Both the position numbers and the translations under genes were made by a program. A stretch of 64,000 bases of DNA from Octopus vulgaris (lineage: Eukaryota). The notes under the pieces were generated by a model, which did not search any database, was not told the origin of the DNA, and saw nothing but the letters and a program-made list of their open reading frames with translations. The stretch is taken from positions 25,730,001 through 25,794,000 of the forward strand of contig OX597822.1 of assembly GCA_951406725.2 (NCBI GenBank), written 5' to 3'. How positions within the stretch are numbered: the stretch's first letter is position 1; every line of letters starts with the position of its first letter. This document shows positions 1 to 13,212 of the stretch, one piece after another.

Positions 1-82
1 TGTATACATGCATACACACCGATATGTATATAAGTATGTATATATATATATTTATACGTATATCTATATGTATGTACATATA

Positions 83-156
<74 letters not shown>

Positions 157-158
157 CG

Positions 159-192
<34 letters not shown>

Positions 193-248
193 CATACATA
201 CATATTGATATGTATGTATGTATGTATGTATGTATGTCGTTATACATT

Positions 249-286
<38 letters not shown>

Positions 287-910
287 CAACTGTGCTTCGT
301 TTGTGTACAAAGTGAATGTGCGCACATATTCTGAACTCGATCCTAGATACTGTGGTTAAGGAGTTAACGAAGTGACATTCCGCGACCTCTGTCCTCTGCC
401 GAAGCACTAGTTTGACCATTGCTTGTAGACAGCGGCAGATCAACGGATGATAATACGTTGAAACATGCAATATGCAATTTGATGTTGGTGGAGTGGGAGT
501 GAAGGGGAACAAATAGTGACTCATTTGTACAAGTGGCTTAGTTGGTATCTATACACACATGCACGCACGCTCACAAACACACATGCACACACACACATAG
601 ATGCATAGACGCCCACGAACATACACTTTTCTGAGTGAGCTTTAAAAATGCTTGGGATATGTTTGTGTGTGTGTGTGTGAGTATAAGCGCTGGTGTGTGT
701 TAATATGTATTAAAGTGGGTGTACGTCTGTACGTATGTGTGTGTGTGTGTGTGTGTGTATGTGTGTGGTGTGCGCATGAAACACGATGACTTGTGTTAAG
801 ACTGTATGCAGGTATGAATATATAGAAGATATTTTATAGACACTGATGCATATATATATATATTTATATAGATACATACATAATTATATACATATATTGA
901 TATACATACG

Positions 911-953
<43 letters not shown>

Positions 954-961
954 ATATATGC

Positions 962-1026
<65 letters not shown>

Positions 1027-1188
1027 CATATACAATTGTTTATATATATATACACACATATATTTCCTGAGCGCCATACTAATACAATTGTTCGTTTGTT
1101 TTCCACCGCCTTCGTCTTTTGTTTATTTTCATAAAGCTTCCCGTTATATATACACATATATTCATATATATATATAATATATATATAT

Positions 1189-1219
<31 letters not shown>

Positions 1220-1631
1220 CACCATTACGTAAATCTGCATGCATTTAGGACGTGCGTACATTCACTATGTACATAAACGCACCACAGTTTATCTCTGTGT
1301 ACAACATACACACCTGTACCGTGAGGGCGAGGGTTACACAGAACTCATGCGTGCGTGTGCATGTGCGTGCGTGTGTGTGTGTGTATGTGCGTGTGTGTGT
1401 GTGTGTGTATGTGTATGTGTGTGTGCAGCTCCATTTCTAGATCTCAGTGTCAAATGTTCAGTAACAGTTGATACATCACAGATTCTGTGCGTTAGGTCTC
1501 TGTTCGGGCTTTTGTCTTCTTTGTTCTGGTTGTATAGATTTCAATGATCGATACAGATATGTTTAAAGATAAGCAGTAAGCGGTTACACAGATGGACAGA
1601 CACACAGACATACAGACTGACAGGCAGCCAT

Positions 1632-1684
<53 letters not shown>

Positions 1685-1781
1685 AAGATAGATAGATAGA
1701 TAGATAGATACATACATACATACATACATACATACATACATACATAAATAGACAGATAGACAGACAGGCTGCTATATTCAT

Positions 1782-1832
<51 letters not shown>
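1..1832. repeat. Microsatellite-dense region: (TA)n, (TATG)n, (GA)n, (TG)n, (GATA)n
   Basis: Simple repeats are directly visible; the ORFs here are YI/VC/LSIY translations of those repeats. Confidence 0.95.
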
Positions 1833-1834
<2 letters not shown>

Positions 1835-1836
<2 letters not shown>

Positions 1837-2133
1837 CGTGACCGACTAGACTTTCAGATGTTGCTACATATCGCTGGTCACAATGCACTTCGCATTGTTT
1901 TAGCCTTCAAATGACGCCACCCCGCTGGATAAGCGAGAAGCTCAACAGAAGAAACAATGAGAGAAAATTGTGGTGAAAGAGTACAGCAGGGATCGCCACC
2001 ACCTCCTACCAGAGTCTCGTGGAGCTTTAGGTGTTTTCGCTCAATAAACACTCATAACGCCCGGTCTGGGATTCGAAGCCGCTATCCTACGACCGTAAGT
2101 CCGCTGCCCTAACCACTGGGCCATTGCGCCTCC
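1835..2133 (-). mobile_element. tRNA-derived SINE (octopus OR-like family)
   Basis: Reverse complement starts GGAGGCGCAATGGCCCAGTGGTTAGGGCAGCGG...TTCGAATCCC (A/B-box-like). A related copy lies at 21639-21960 (+). Flanked by (TA)n. Confidence 0.75.
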
Positions 2134-2194
<61 letters not shown>

Positions 2195-2195
2195 A

Positions 2196-2230
2196 ATATG
2201 ACCCGTCGTTGCCGGGTCATAGTGCTAATG
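2196..2230 (+). mobile_element. Degenerate Helitron-like 3' terminus (hairpin followed by CTAR-like end)
   Basis: ATGACCCG-TCGTTGC-CGGGTCAT hairpin followed by AGTGCTAAT; resembles the Helitron 3' end at 63741-63768. Confidence 0.45.
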
Positions 2231-2400
2231 CATGTATGTATGTGTATATATATGTGTACATATTACATGTACATTTATATATATACATCTACACATAAAA
2301 TACGAAATACAAAGTTATATTTTGATATCGCTAGTGATAACAATACTCAAAATATATAACAGACTGGAATTGTAGGTCCGTCTCTTGCAATTTCGATCAA

Positions 2401-4545
2401 TTGGATCTTGTCCTGTTGTTAATATTGCTGTTATTGTTGTTATTATTGCCTGTCTTCACCAATGGTGGAGGAGCTGACACTGTTGCTAGGGGTGACATTA
2501 GTCGTGGTTACGCCGGTGCTTCTGCTAGGGCCACTGCTGCTGCTCCTGCTGCTGCTGCTGCTACTGCCGCTACTGCCGTTACGGCTGGCGTTGGCACTGG
2601 ATCTGTTGCTGCTGCTATAGGGGCTTTCATGTGTGCTACTGTAGACGTCAGAGAAGTTATTGGTAAGGTTGGTGTTGGTGGTGATGCTGCTGTTGTTGTT
2701 GTTAGTGATGCTGCCAACGGGAGGACTGCCAATGCTGTCTGTGATGCTGCTGTTGCTAACGTTGTTAATGCTGTCAACTGCGGCGATGGTGGTGGTGTTG
2801 TTGGTTCTGTTCTCATATCTATTGGCTGCTATTACTTCTGCCGGTGGTATTGCCAGGGTTCACTAATACTTCGGCTTGATAGACGACCCCTTTGGGTTCG
2901 CAGAAGCCTCCTGTCGAGCAACTGTTGCGGTCCCTGCATGAACAACCTGCCTCTTCCTGTGGCTTAGGGGCACTAACTACAATACTCTTACTACTGGGGG
3001 CACAGCTAAACGAGACCCTAACGTTGTGCCTGTTGAAGATGAGCCCGTACCTATGAGAGCTAGTGAAATGCTTGTCTACTAACTTAAGGAATAGTCTACT
3101 TACGGACGTTATTGTGTTAAGGGAGAAGTGGTGAGGAAGCAACTAAATGGTATTTCTGCGGCTGTTGGGTTTTGGCATGTAGGTGATGCGGTCCCTAAAT
3201 CCGTTGTCAACGAGGGCCTCGTTATAGTACGGGGCCGCTGCATCGAAAGCCTCTTGGTTGGAGGAAAGGCTCGTAATCTTCTTACTAAACACCCTCTACG
3301 AGGTTCTTGAACAGGATGGGTGGGTGGCAGGAGGCAAAGTTGATGTACGTTAGCTTCTCTTTTGGTTTGCGATAGGGCCTGTAAGTACCGGCGCCCAAGT
3401 TGAACGTGAAGTTGGTCTTTATGCTGATCTTCAATCTCAAGGAGGCAAGCGTACTGATTAAGTGTCTTTTTTAATCCTGCCTAGTGTATGCCCGCTTGTT
3501 GCCTAAGAGATGGCCAAGGCGTCATCTCTGTAGATGAAAAAAGCGAACAAAGAGAAATTTTTTCTTAAGGTTATCTAGAATATACAACCCGATGAGATCG
3601 CATACAACAACACCGTCGTAGACTCCCATCGCGACGTCAAAGGAGCCCGTAGGGTCGGATTGCTTGACCCATGCCGAACCTTTGTTGAACAGCACTGTCT
3701 TTCTGGCATGCATGATAATTTCTACATCTCTGTCGCCAATGCTGGCGAAGCCCCTAGTGAAAGAAAGCGCCTTGACCAGAAGCCCTTTTGATATAGACGG
3801 GTAAAGATTGACTATAACAAATTGGGTGAACCTTGCTTTGCCTCTTCCCTTGTAGCTGTTAAACCATGCGGTCACTTTGCTGGTGCTGCTTTACAGGGAA
3901 AGGTTGGTGGGCCTCCTTATGCTGTTATTGATATCTCTTAATATGTGTTTGCTCGCCAGACCGATCTCGGATTTGGCTGGATTGATCTGGCGACATTTGG
4001 GGTTTGAGGAAAAGTTCCGTTTATAATCTTTTATGGTGATGAAAGCGTTTCTTTTAGCAAGGATCTCTACCTTGTCTTCTATCTCTTGTTCGTTAGCTAA
4101 TTTTTTGGCTTCACTGTTAATGTCGCTATATTTGTGCGGGGGAGATCCTATAATTTTGTGTGCCGTTATTTTCTAGTAGTCTATCATACTCTAGGGTGTC
4201 TATCGGAGAAGATTAGGGACTTATCTGAGTTTTAATAATGTAATATCGGCCCGGAGCTTGCGTTGGAAGGAGTAAAGGGACTTTTGGAATTTCTGTTTTG
4301 GGATGATTCCCAGCAGGTCCGCCTCCAAGGATTCGAGGTCCTTGATTCTGGGTGGGTGTTTTCTCGATCTACTGTTATAGTTGTTACCCTCCGGGGATGG
4401 TGCGGCTAGGTCGTAGCAGAAAGCATTCTACCTCATACGCCTAATCACGTCCATTATCTTTTCCAGCAGCATGCGGGTGTATAGTTCGTTGGATGGCGTG
4501 GGGATGTTTTTTGTGGAGTATCTGAGCTCAAATCATTCCATATTT
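2401..4545 (-). mobile_element. Penelope-like element, degraded RT plus start of GIY-YIG (left-arm copy)
   Basis: Frameshifted ORFs RYSTKNIPTP..., FTQFVIVNLYPSI, FDVAMGVYDG, YRDD and CSCRDRNSC...KGVVYQAEV; inverted twin at 19733-21639. Confidence 0.85.
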
Positions 4546-4762
4546 ATGAGAGACCCGTGGTTTCCGCATATATGTAGATGCACGGTACTGGTCATCTGTT
4601 TAACAGAAACCACGTTGTCTTTGTGAAAAACTCTGGCCAGGGACCGAAAAGAATCGTTCGTAGAAAACATAAATCCGGAGAAGAAGCACGCTCTAAGTTG
4701 TAGAGCAGTGTATATTTTAAAACTGGGGAATGCTCATTCATGGGATTACCCTGGGTTTTCCG

Positions 4763-4799
<37 letters not shown>

Positions 4800-5096
4800 G
4801 GGTAAAAATCGACTATAACAAATTGGGTGAACCTTGCTTTGCCTCTTCCCTTGTAGGTGTTAAACCATGCGGTCACTTCGCTGGTGCTGCGTTACAGGGA
4901 AAGGTTGGTGGGTCTTCTTATGCTGTTATTGATATCTCTTAATATGTGTTTGCTCACCAGACCGATCTCGGATTTGGCTGGATTGATCTGGCGACATTTG
5001 GGGTTTCAAATTTTTGCTTTCAAAATGTGACCTCGTGCGTACCGTTGGCGATTTTTTTCCTCTGTCTTCCTTTCTCTAGATCTTTCCTTCTCCTAT

Positions 5097-5131
5097 GTTT
5101 CCGACGAAGAGCTCAGCTCGAAACGTTAAAC
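5097..5131 (+). ncRNA. Minimal type I hammerhead-like motif (U4C variant) in a PLE-associated repeat
   Basis: GTTT-CCGACGA-A-GAGC-TCA-GCTC-GAAA-CG-TT-AAAC. Mirror copy at 19131-19165(-); degenerate copies near 27157 and 33391. Confidence 0.6.
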
Positions 5132-5227
5132 CCTCCTTCTTTCCTTCTTTCCTGAGCGTCCAATAATACTATATTTGTTCCACGTCCTCGCGTTGTTGTG
5201 TTTTTTTGTGCTTTCTTGTTTGGATTA

Positions 5228-5400
<173 letters not shown>

Positions 5401-5514
5401 CGGTGAATAAATTGTCGTCTAAATTACGCAAAAATGAAAATAACAGTCACATCTCTATTACATGATTTTGTAAATGAACAATCTGATGTGATTATTTTAA
5501 TACAGTGCGTTTCT

Positions 5515-5818
5515 CTGTCCCATGTGAAGTATAGGCAGAATAGCAAAGTAACAGAACCTAGCTAATGAATTACAAAGACTATGGAAAGAGCGGGTAAAAT
5601 TTATCCCAGTAGTTATAGGTGCATTGGGAACTATCCCTAAAGATGTGAACAGCTGGATAAAGGAAATAGGTATAAAACCCAGTGAAGTACAGCTGCGGAA
5701 ACAGTGTTATTAGGGACAGCTAAAGTACTTATGAAGGTTCTTGGCATCTAAATCTACTTGTTGTAGCCCGATGTTAGGTTTCGTTTCTTTTCCAACGGTC
5801 TAATCTGTTGAGTGTATG

Positions 5819-5820
<2 letters not shown>
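5515..5820 (+). mobile_element. 3' fragment of RLE-type (R4/Dong-like) non-LTR retrotransposon ending in (TAA)n
   Basis: Translates to ...KFIPVVIGALGTIPK...; followed by an (AAT)n tract. Confidence 0.7.
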
Positions 5821-5871
<51 letters not shown>

Positions 5872-5889
5872 GATGCTTCTTCATTGATA

Positions 5890-7166
5890 CGAGGGGCGTT
5901 CAATAAGTAATGCCCTGACCCACTTCCCATAGCAGTAGAGCAACGAAACTTGGCACAGTTATTAGTCTTTTTCTACATAGGAACCACACAGAGTTACGCA
6001 TTTCTCCCATCGTTTGATGCGGCTCTGGAGACCGTTTTTGTAGAAGAACCCTGCTTGGTCCTCCAACCTCAACGTGACTTCAGAAATCAAGGCTGCATCA
6101 TCTGGGAAACGCTTTCCTTTCAAAAACAACTTCATGATTGGGAAGAGGTGAAAATCAGAGGGTGCAAGGTCAGGAAAGTAGGGAGGATGGGGAGGAGTTC
6201 ATAGCCATACGCCGGTGCTTCTGATCAGGCGACAAACGAGTTGTGGACCGGAGCGTTGTCCTGCAGGAGGAGGATGCCTTTGCTGATCTTGCCCCGCCTC
6301 TTGATTTTGACAACTTCTCTTAATTTCCTCAAAAGTGAAGCATAATAGGCTCCTGCAATTGTGGTACCCTTTGCCAGGAAATCTGTCATCACTACTCCGT
6401 CCTGGTCCCATAAGACTGTGAGCATGACCTTGCCAGCGGAGGGCTGCACTCTTGCCTTCTTTGGAGGTGAGTCACGGTGCTTCCACTGCATTGACTGGGC
6501 TTTGGTCTCTGGATCATCGTGATGGACCAAGGTTTCATCCTGTGTAATCAGTCTTTTGAAAAATTTTGACTCATCTTCTTGGCACATCTCCAAATTCACC
6601 CTCGAGCACTCGACGCGTTCTTGCTTCTGGAAAGGCGTGAGCAACCTGGGAATCCATCTGGCAGACAGCTTTTGCATATGCAAATGGTTATGAATGATAG
6701 TTTCCACAGACCTGGTACTAATCTTGACCTTATGGGCTATTTGGAGAATAATTATGCGTCGATCTTCCAAAATGGCAGCCTCAACTTGACGGACAGATGC
6801 CTCATCAATGGCAGAAGGGGGCGACCAGATCTGGGAGCTGTTTCCACAGAGTTCCGACCATGTTTGAATTCACGATGCCAGCGTTTTACAAGGTCATATG
6901 ATGGGGCTTCATCACCATAAGTTACTTTCATTTCATCAAAAGTTTTCCGTGGTGTGCGTCCTTTCAAATACAAAAACCGGATCACTGCCCGACACTCAAC
7001 AGGCTCCATTTCACACTTGTCTCGGTTCAAACACCTGTAAATCAGAAACCACAATTAATTCAGAGCTGTAATTTGCCACTTACTGATACAGATATAAATG
7101 ATTGCAGATCAGCTAGATCAAACAACTGCAAGTGGGTCAGAGGCATTACTTATTGAACGTCCCTCG
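5890..7166 (-). mobile_element. mariner transposon (Himar1/irritans-like), frameshifted transposase
   Basis: About 36-bp TIRs CGAGGG(G/A)CGTTCAATAAGTAATGCC...ACCCACTT; TA TSD at 5888-5889 and 7167-7168; motifs RSGRP, WIPRLL, TQDET, QDNAPVH, PDLAPSD; empty site in the partner arm near 17941. Confidence 0.95.
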
Positions 7167-7630
7167 TATGACTGTCCCAATCGATATAAACGTATCTGTC
7201 AAGACCTGCCAGAAACTGAGCAAACATACAGATCTGGAAATAGAAATCAGCAAAATGTGGAACCTGAAAACAAAAACAATACCTGTTGCCATAGGTGCCC
7301 TGGGAATGATAGCAAAAGCGGTTGATTGCTACCTAACTCAAATACCAGGAAACACAAAAATGGCAGCAATTCAAAAGATAGTGCTCATGGGAACTGCTCA
7401 TATCCTACGCAAAATACTTTCTATGTAATCTCAAGTTTTAAAACAAACCTAATTTTCGTATGGTTTTTTAGGCATTCACTAGTACAACACTAAGTACAAA
7501 ACCAAATATATGGCACCCTAGGCATAACACCAACATGAACTTCCAACTTGTTGTCTCTTGAGGTCTCTGGGTGAGACTTGGAGCCAGCTTGTGCAAATGT
7601 AAAGCAAAAGAAAAACATAGAATAATAATA
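7167..7630 (+). mobile_element. 3' fragment of RLE-type (R4/Dong-like) retrotransposon, interrupted by the mariner
   Basis: DLEIEISKMWNLKTKTIPVAIGALG...MGTAHILRKILSM*; intact twin at 17682-17960(-). Confidence 0.8.
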
Positions 7631-8227
7631 AAATCACCAACTTCTGGTTAAAATACCTAACAAGAACACATAAAAATCTATCTAATCTCTCCAATTTGTT
7701 GAGAGTATAGAAGAAGAAGAAGAAGAAGAAGAAGAAGAAGAAGAAGAAGAAGAAGAAGAAGAAGAAGAAGAAGAAGAAGAAGAAGAAGAAGAAGAAGAAG
7801 AATAAAGGGATGAACGTTATTCCTCATATCCCGCAAATATCATTAAAAAAAGCATAGATAGACACGTGAGGAATATATTTCAATCCTATTCGCTTATTTT
7901 ACAGCAGTGCTCTACCCACAGAACGAAGACACAACAACATATACATATAAAATCTGGAAGAAAAGTAATGTAGATGAAGATTTGGATACAGCAATAAACC
8001 TTAATAAACTAGCTAACATACATATCAGAAATAGAAATAGAGCACTTAAAAGGAAATATACACTAGGAAAACGTAGATAATAATTACACAATAATATCCC
8101 AATTACTGGGACTATAAAATACGAACACAGACTAACACATCCATCAAAAACGAAGTAAACAACGAAAGACAACAAACCCAAACCGAAGGAATGTATAATG
8201 ATGAGCAAAATGCACCAGACCGGAACA

Positions 8228-8760
8228 TCACACACAAAAATATGAACGGCCGCACTTAAAACAACAAGGCTTTCTACCCTCCACCATAACTCTTAGCTTG
8301 GTGTCGTCACCCACCAGTATCGTGTCAACAATCTCCTCGAGGTCCGCAGGAGCAGCCTCGATTAGCATCTCTAATCTCTGTTCCTGCCAGTTCTGCTGTT
8401 TGATTTTGGTTGCTTGGGGGATTATTTTTTCCCCTAAGCCTAAGGTGATTGCCGCCACCAGTCAGGCAACGTCGACCTCTGATGGAATATCCTCCTTCCT
8501 TAACCTTGGAAGTACGTATACTCAGGTATGTAAGTAGGAAGACCACTTCATTAGTTTTCAGCGGGGTCGTAGAGTGTTGCCTGACAACATCTTCGGATGA
8601 GAACTGCATTTCCACCATCGCAAAACGTTTGCCCCTGGCAAGATATACTATATCTTTCCAGATTGGCCTCAGACACAATTTTCAGTTCTTCTTTCGTCAC
8701 CATGTCGAGCCTTTTGTTTTTCATAGAGAGGATTTTAAAAATCACCGTTTTTCGAGAAGT
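8228..8760 (-). mobile_element. L1/Tx1-like ORF1 (gag-like) remnant
   Basis: Frameshifted ORFs ending VMVEGRKPCCFKCG (zinc-knuckle start); adjacent to Tx1-like ORF2 remnants. Confidence 0.6.
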
Positions 8761-9299
8761 TGTAATTAGTCAATTCGCTCGTGCTCCTCCTTATGAAGAA
8801 GACCTTTAAATTTATCAAGTTAATTCCTTTCGATATTCGTTGGTGACGCTAGTCATCGCTGCGAAACTGCTTACTTTTTTGCTTCAATCATATTGTCGTT
8901 CTTTTCCTTCTGTATTATTTTATCCAGAATTTTAACACACTGAGACAATTCCTCTTTAGAGGAATCGACGTCAGTTGAACTCACGTCCAGTAATATCACC
9001 ATCGATTTTTTTTTAACAAAACACAATTGAGTATTTCCCCCTTCAAACAAGTGAGGGAGGGGGATGTCAGCGTGTCTGCAACAGCGCAGAACAAACAAAG
9101 TGTTTTAACAACACGATAACAAAAGCAGTTCAACAAAAATTCAACAATTACAATAAACAGCACTTTATCGCAAAAACCAGCCAAACTCGAAAAAGTGAGA
9201 GGGCACGAATTGGTTTTAATTGACCACAAGGGTTGTACACAGGAGGGACATACAAAGTGTCGGAGTGATTCGTTCCGTTTTTAATGAACATTAAAAATT

Positions 9300-10440
9300 T
9301 CAAAAATCTGAGAAAAAAAACGAATGATTATGATGAAGTGGTGGACGTGGCTGACCCCACAGACCACGTTCTACTACTGAACCATTAAATAATCCTTTTG
9401 TCCTCTCTTTTGAAGCTACATACATTCTCAACAAGTATGCCACTTTCATCCATCTTTTCTCGTATATACTTAGTCGTAGGCGACTCCTCTCCAACTTTAT
9501 TTTCCTTTTCAGTTGGGAAACAAACAGTTTACCAACCACCGGCAGGAGATAAAGTCGCCTGTCACTACTACTTTCATGTGAGATATCCATAGGACCTCTT
9601 CCACAATTGTTACTAAAGTGAGAAAACAGAACCTTCCCTTCCCCTTTCAGAGAGGACGGTGCAACAATTTTATAATTGACTCGGAGCACAGCTGTACTCT
9701 TCCCAAATGTGACAACATAAACCCACAACTCTGATAGTTTCGGACACTGCACAATAGCGTGCAGAACAGTCTCACTGCTCTGCCTGCATCTTGGGCAAGT
9801 GGGCTGGCACGAAGAGCCATTCCTTGCGAGTTAATCTTGAACTCGTAATGTTCCTCGGTAACATTGCCAAGCCAGTGATCTTTGGAAGTTATCCAAAACC
9901 CACTTCCCGAATGTCCTTCGGAACAAACCCGCAAGCTGACTATCGTCGAAGCCAAGGTTTTCCCCCAGGCCATCGTCATACTTGGCCTCTACTAACCCTC
10001 TGTAGAATGACGAAATGGAAATCTCGCCACCGGCATTAGCCGTCCGGGAGAGACGTGCGAGAGCCTGCAGATATTCGGCCTTCCACGCTCCCAACTTAGG
10101 TCTACGCTTGATCCAAGGCTCTGATTCAATGAAACTAGTGAATCGGAGAAGTATCAGCTTGACGAACAGAGACGACACCCGCTCACCATCCACGTAGAGC
10201 CAAAAATGACTCAGCCTCTGTGCATCAACAGCCATGTTATCCCTAGCCCACCCTTTAGCTGGTGTTGGCAGCAGATTAAGCGCCTTACAAGCGGCCCTCT
10301 GCCTTTCCCCAAAAAGCGAAACAGCATCGTTCCAACTTGCTGGCCACGGGGCAAGGCACGACGGTTAGGTGGTAAGTGATCACAGATGCGATAAACACAC
10401 TTGCGCGATCTGCCCTCCCCTTCAGGGATAACCACCGCTC
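9300..10440 (-). mobile_element. L1/Tx1-like ORF2 C-terminal remnant (zf-RVT region)
   Basis: KGGLG...; DNFQRSLAWQCYRGTLRVQDKL; CPRC...HAIVQCP. Homolog at 47440-48300(+). Confidence 0.75.
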
Positions 10441-10828
10441 AGACTAGGCCTGGGTTAGGTGATAAAATCCATATAATCTCAATATCATGTGTGAAACAAA
10501 TAATCTTTTACAGTGCGACGCTTCTTTTTTAGTTCAGTATATATGAATAGTTTATAGATTAGAGACAAGTAGTCTATATATAGGACACACTTTGCATTAC
10601 TCAAGAGATTTGAACTTGAGCAGATAGAGGAGTAATTACAAGGACAAGCAAGTTAGGCAAGTCGACATACAAAAAATATTGTTGTTGTTTGTTCCTTCAC
10701 GAGCCATGCCTACCTCATAAGGGCCGGTTTCCGGTTTCCTTAACGTAAAGGTTCCCCACCTGGACGGGACGCTTGTCCGTCACAGGTGAGCTGCTAGATG
10801 CAGGAGGAAAGATGCAGAGTGAGAGAAA

Positions 10829-10867
<39 letters not shown>

Positions 10868-10871
<4 letters not shown>

Positions 10872-12056
10872 CCCAAAACCGTGGAAAAGTTCTACACTGG
10901 ATTAAGTATTTCCTGGCGAATAGAACACAACATGTTGTAGTTGATGAAGTCCACTCAAGCCCAGCAAAATTCACCAGCGGTGTCCCCCAGGGGACTGTCT
11001 TGGATCCGCTACTCTTCATAATTTACATAAACGACCTTTCCAGTGTCGTACATTACTGCAAAATGAAAATATTTGCTGATGACACTAAGCTCCAGCAAAT
11101 CGTCAATGAAGAAGCAGAGCGAACTCAACTCCAGTCTGATTTATATGCTGTGAGTCAATGGGCAGACAGAAACAAAATGCAACTGAACGAGGGAAAATTT
11201 GAGCTGATGCATTTTGAAAGAAATTCCTCACTAAAACAGCCATACTCTCTTCCTTCAGGGGAACCGCTCACAGCCTCTAACAATATCAGACATCTGGGTG
11301 TAATTGTTGATGACGATCTCAGTTGGAGTGCACACATCAACAATAAGGTCGATATAGCTCGTAGGATGAGTTCCTGGATCTTAAGAACTTTCCGGTCCAG
11401 AGAACAAGGTGTCATCATACCACTTTTCTCCTCCTTTGTACGGCCACACCTCGAATACTGCTGCCCACTGTGGTTTCCCCATACAACACAAAACATCTCG
11501 AGGATTGAATCACCCCAGAGGGCACTCACTAATCGAATTGAAGGCGTGGCTGCTCTCGATTATTGGGATCGACGTAAAGCCTTGAAACTCTACTCTCTTC
11601 AGCGTCGCCGTGAGCGGTACATCATTTGTACGATGTGGAGAATATACCACCAACTTTGCCCTAACGACCTGAACATTAGCTTCAAGGTTCATCCAAGACT
11701 GGGACCACGGGCCATACGTCCCCTGCCCAATTCAAGATCACAGCATACATGTAGACTGCAACATAATTTCTTTTCCTCAACAGGCCCTGCCCTATTTAAC
11801 ATTGTCCCGAAAGTGATCAAAGAGGAGAATGATCCCATCATCTTTAAACGGAGTCTGGATAGATTCCTTCAAGGAATACCAGATAAGCCACCCATGATTG
11901 AATACAACTCATCCAACAAAAACTCACTACTTGAATGAACCCTAAACAAAACTTGACTTAAACAGGATTCAAATAATCCTATCAGGTGGTGCTATTAAGT
12001 TAGACATGGCCTGGACCAATCTTTGGTCGAAACATATCTAAGTTTATCTAAGTTTA
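10868..12056 (+). mobile_element. 5'-truncated CR1-group LINE (RT C-terminal half plus 3' UTR)
   Basis: GVPQGTVL, KIFADD, RPHLEYC, LYSLQRRRERY; the 3' UTR CAGGTGGTGCTATTAAGTTAGACATGGCCTGG and repeat tail are shared with the 29-33 kb element. Confidence 0.9.
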
Positions 12057-12339
12057 TATAAATATATATATAATAAAGAGGGTTCAGTAACGATTTGCTT
12101 CACCACATACAGAAGTTTAGAAATAGCAGTCAAAAAATCTTCGCTATTCCTTCTACTTTAAAAGGGGCTTACTTAAGCTTACCATGAAATGGTCTTTTTC
12201 ATGCTGAAATCTGCTTGGTGAAATTACTGATTACTTTTTAATTAATTAATTTTACCCTTTGTTATTATATATATATATAATAACCTAATTTATTAATATA
12301 ATAACCTAATATATATATATAATAACCTAATATATATAT

Positions 12340-12960
12340 ATAATAACCTAATTTATGTAATAACCTGCTCGGGTTGCAGTCATCAGTACATTGGACAAAC
12401 GAGTTTAACTTTGAGAAAGAGAATCACTCTGCAATACAGACAAATTCCTCTTAGTAAACACATAGCAAATGTGCAGGTAACATCAAACCAAATTTCACAG
12501 TCTTCCCATCCTACCAGTGCAAAGACGCAATCTCTCAACTAGAACGCTTAAATAAAGAAACTTTCTTCGTTGAAAAATACAAAACACGTCTTAATATGCA
12601 CGCATAACCAACTTTTATATTTTTACATATTACATCACTGTACATAAATCCCCTACTAAACAAGGTCCCTTTTTTGTAAACCTGTCTCTTTTCTGTACAC
12701 ATATTTATTCCCCACCCAAAACCTTACACACAACAATAATAATAATAACAACCAATTACCTCCCTTTATTCGTCTACTTGTAACGTCATTAACACATGAA
12801 TTTCATCACAAACAACATGGACCAAATTTCTTCTTAAGAAAAAATATATATTCATATAAATTAAACATTATATCATGAATAGCGATAGCGAAACCGGCCG
12901 ATATATTAAAAATTATATTAAAACCATGTAAATGTCTGTATTTTTCTTTTTTAATTTCTT
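12340..12960 (+). mobile_element. Penelope-like GIY-YIG endonuclease 3' remnant
   Basis: NLIYVITCSGCSHQYIGQTSLTLRKR; degenerate hammerhead 3' half (GAAACCGG) near 12890. Confidence 0.75.
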
Positions 12961-12962
12961 AC

Positions 12963-13011
<49 letters not shown>

Positions 13012-13149
13012 GTGTATTATACTAAATTAGAGATAAAACCACTATTAGGCAAATCATACAATGAAAAACTTAAGCCAATAAATAAGATTAATTAATTTAT
13101 ATTATTTTAAATATGTATCAAAATTATTAAAAAATGATAATTAGTATAA

Positions 13150-13212
13150 CACTACGATCGTTTCATGACTGTCCAATTCGTAAAAATTCGAGTTACAGTC
13201 ATTCTTCAGGTG
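13150..13212 (-). ncRNA. Minimal type I hammerhead ribozyme
   Basis: Reverse complement CAC-CTGAAGA-ATGACTGT...ACAGTCAT-GAAA-CGATCG-TA-GTG: 8-bp stem II, palindromic stem III, GUA site. Confidence 0.85.

Noticed and set aside
290-530. Unique-looking island that might be an exon of a neighbouring gene
   Set aside because: No recognisable domain or convincing splice-site pair.
8-1836. Many 60-125 aa ORFs (YIYI, VCVC, LSIY)
   Set aside because: These are translations of microsatellites; the same applies at about 5231, 17818, 23672, 27122, 33850, 48407 and 56137-56705.
2060-2133. tRNA-like A/B boxes
   Set aside because: They continue into a SINE body seen elsewhere in the window and do not form a complete cloverleaf; not a tRNA gene.
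2401-2967. 188-aa ORF resembling a secreted Ala/Val/Gly-rich protein with a signal peptide
   Set aside because: It is the antisense reading of the low-complexity insert in the Penelope-like element.
7912-8235. 107-aa hydrophobic ORF identical in both arms, resembling a membrane protein
   Set aside because: T-rich antisense of A-rich repeat-derived sequence with a non-ATG start; the identity reflects recent duplication rather than selection.
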